64,000 nucleotides of DNA, taken from the NCBI RefSeq assembly GCF_018977255.1, contig NW_024704742.1, positions 66,032,001 through 66,096,000 of the forward strand, in the 5' to 3' direction. Position 1 is the stretch's first letter, and each line of letters opens with the position of its first letter. The notes below the pieces were generated by a model. The model was given only the letters and a program-made list of their open reading frames with translations. It was not told the origin of the DNA and did not search any database. The stretch is from Callorhinchus milii. Its lineage: Eukaryota. A program made the translations under genes and the position numbers. Below, in pieces: positions 61,860 through 64,000 of this stretch.

Positions 61860-62612
61860 CTCATAGCAGAGCAGCCTTACCCAGCAGCAATCCAGCAGAT
61901 ATTAGAAACATCTCAAGGCTCTTCACAAGGTAACTGCTGTCCAGTGTAGCATTGTCATTGTGAAGAGCCTTGAATTGTTTCCATGTTACAGGCTTAATAT
62001 CAATTATAATACTTATTGGGAAATTTCCCATGTAATAAAATACGCACAGTCATTCCTCTTTACAATGCTTCCTGCGAAGCGCTTTGAGACATTGCGGCTC
62101 TGTGATAAGGTGCTGTATCAAACTGAAGGGTGATTAATATTACATTATTATTTTACACATCTCCTGGTCTCTGACTGCTGACGCGGATTGTATGGCTCTT
62201 CATATATTGTAGGCATACCTCGTTGGAAGCGAAGAAGGCAGCCAAAAGTTGTGTTATTTCAGCCTTTCCTCATGTTGATACATGGCTAATGGTTGAAAAA
62301 CAAAACAGCGTCTCTCATTCTCTGTTTGTGTAGCCTGTGTGGTCCTATTCGTGTCCGTGTGTTAAATGGCTGACTTGGGATCGAAGGCAGCAAATAAGGA
62401 AGCGATCGGCCTTTTGACGTTATGGGCACCGATGCCAATAACAGACTGGAAAGAGATGGGAAAGTAGTTTTTGCATACGTTTGCATTTTGGACGAAATCC
62501 TGGCAGATGTATGTATGTTTTGGATTGAATTTTCAAGGAATGTCCAAGTGCTTCAATTAAGATAGCTGAAGTGTGACAGTGGAGTAAGAATGGGTGAAGC
62601 CAATGAAAAAAA

Positions 62613-62975
62613 AATAATAATAATCCTTGCATTTGATATAGCGCTTAGCATGTTGTTGAGATGTCTCAAAGCGCTTTACAGAATATACTGCAAAGTGAAC
62701 TTACTGTGAATTTGGGGGCGAAACGCAGCAGCCAATTATGCATAGCAGTGTCCCACAAACAGCCGTGGATTTAGTGACCAAATTATTATTATCAATTATT
62801 TTTTAAGGGAATATTACCCCCAGAAAAGTGATCCGCCAATCGACTAACAACCGGGTTCCTACTTACTGCTAGGTAAACAGAGGCTTGTGGAATAAGGAAA
62901 TTTGCCCATTGTTTCGCCCTGCTCAGGTTCACTCGCATGTGAGACGAGCGCTCTATCCACTAGCTAAAGGACTCC
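62613..62975 (-). mobile_element. SINE-A long form
   Basis: tail, CORE-like segment, head. Confidence 0.9.
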
Positions 62976-63073
62976 AAATGGTTAGAGCACTCACCTCCCA
63001 AGTAATTGGCTGCCGCGTTTCGCCCACAAAATACTATACTTGCCTCTGTTTACCTTGCAGTATATAGGAACTC

Positions 63074-64000
63074 AACAACAACAACAAATTATACTTGTAT
63101 AACACCCTTCACATTGGAAAGACGTCCAAGGGCACTGGACAGTAAGGGTTTTTTGCACCTGAGCTGGGAGTTTGTTCAGGAGGGGAGGGTTAGCGTGGGA
63201 GTGTGGCTAAAGGCGTAGTTGAAGAGGAAGATCTTTAGACAGGACTTGAAGTAGGCAAGAGAGTGGGTGGGGTGGAGGGATTGCAGGAGTGTGAGAGTAG
63301 AGATGCTAAATGACCAATCGCCAATGATGGGGCCGGAAATGCGGGGGACCTGAAGCAAGCCAGGGGTCCGGTGAGCAGAGGGAGTGGACAGGCTGGTTTG
63401 GTTTGGTTTGGAGGTCGGAGCGGTAGGGGGAGCAAGACCGCGGAGGGCATTGAAGGTGAGAACAAGGGTTTTGTACTTGATTCTATAATAATAATATAAT
63501 CCTTGCATTTGATATAGTGCTTTTCACATCTGCTAGACGTCTCAAATCGCTTCACAGATTATACTGTAAAGTGAATTGATTGTATATTTGTGGGCAAAAC
63601 GCGACAGTCATTTGCGCACAGCAGTGTCCCGCATACAGTCATGGATTGAGTGACCAAATTATTATTGTGGTTTTTTTGAGGGATTATTATCCCCAGAAAA
63701 GCGATCTGCCAATCGACTAACAACCAGGTTCTTACTTACTGCTAGGCAACAGAGGCGTGTGGAGTAAAGAAACTTGCCCAACATTTTGCCCTGCCGGGAA
63801 TAGAAGCTCGGTCTCTCGCTTGCGAGGTGAGTGCTCTAACCACTGAGCTACAGGACTCCATAGGACTTCTCTGAGGGATGGGGTTGCCAGTGAAGCCGGG
63901 CAAGAACGGAAGTGATTGGATCACGGAGCTTGGTGCGGGAGAGGACACGAGCTGCAGAGTTCTGAATAATCTGCTGCTTATGGAGGGAAGAGTTGGGAAG
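63074..64000 (-). mobile_element. L2 3' portion interrupted by a SINE; runs off the window end
   Basis: 63074-63482 (IKYKTLVLTFNALRGLAP) and 63866-64000 are collinear L2 pieces. Confidence 0.9.
63485..63859 (-). mobile_element. SINE-A long form, full length, nested in L2
   Basis: minus strand GGAGTCCTGTAGCTCAGTGGTTAGAGCACTC...; all modules present. Confidence 0.93.

Overview
Vertebrate, non-coding, repeat-dense DNA, read as gene desert or large intron. The repeat complement points to a cartilaginous fish, possibly a chimaera; the species cannot be fixed from sequence alone. No host protein-coding gene, rRNA, true tRNA or CRISPR array is supportable. The long ORFs are decayed LINE ORF2 pieces, antisense readings of them, or low-complexity artefacts. 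The window is dominated by 5'-truncated CR1 and L2 LINEs and two tRNA-derived SINE families sharing one L2-type 3' tail. SINE-B is a Deu-domain, SacSINE1-like family. SINE-A has a different tRNA head followed by a CORE-like segment and occurs as long and short subfamilies. Most worth follow-up: the apparently chimeric SINE-A and its tail tracking of the young L2, a pre-miRNA-sized hairpin built from inverted SINE tails (61905-61981), a Penelope-type hammerhead relic (~17.4 kb), two adjacent foldback MITE-like elements (45.85-46.35 kb), several small local duplications, a CTCF motif, and repeat-free motif clusters that look like enhancers. Repeat boundaries are read by eye and approximate. Family names rest on remembered consensus features, not database searches. 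I see no convincing wholly new system; the findings are candidates.
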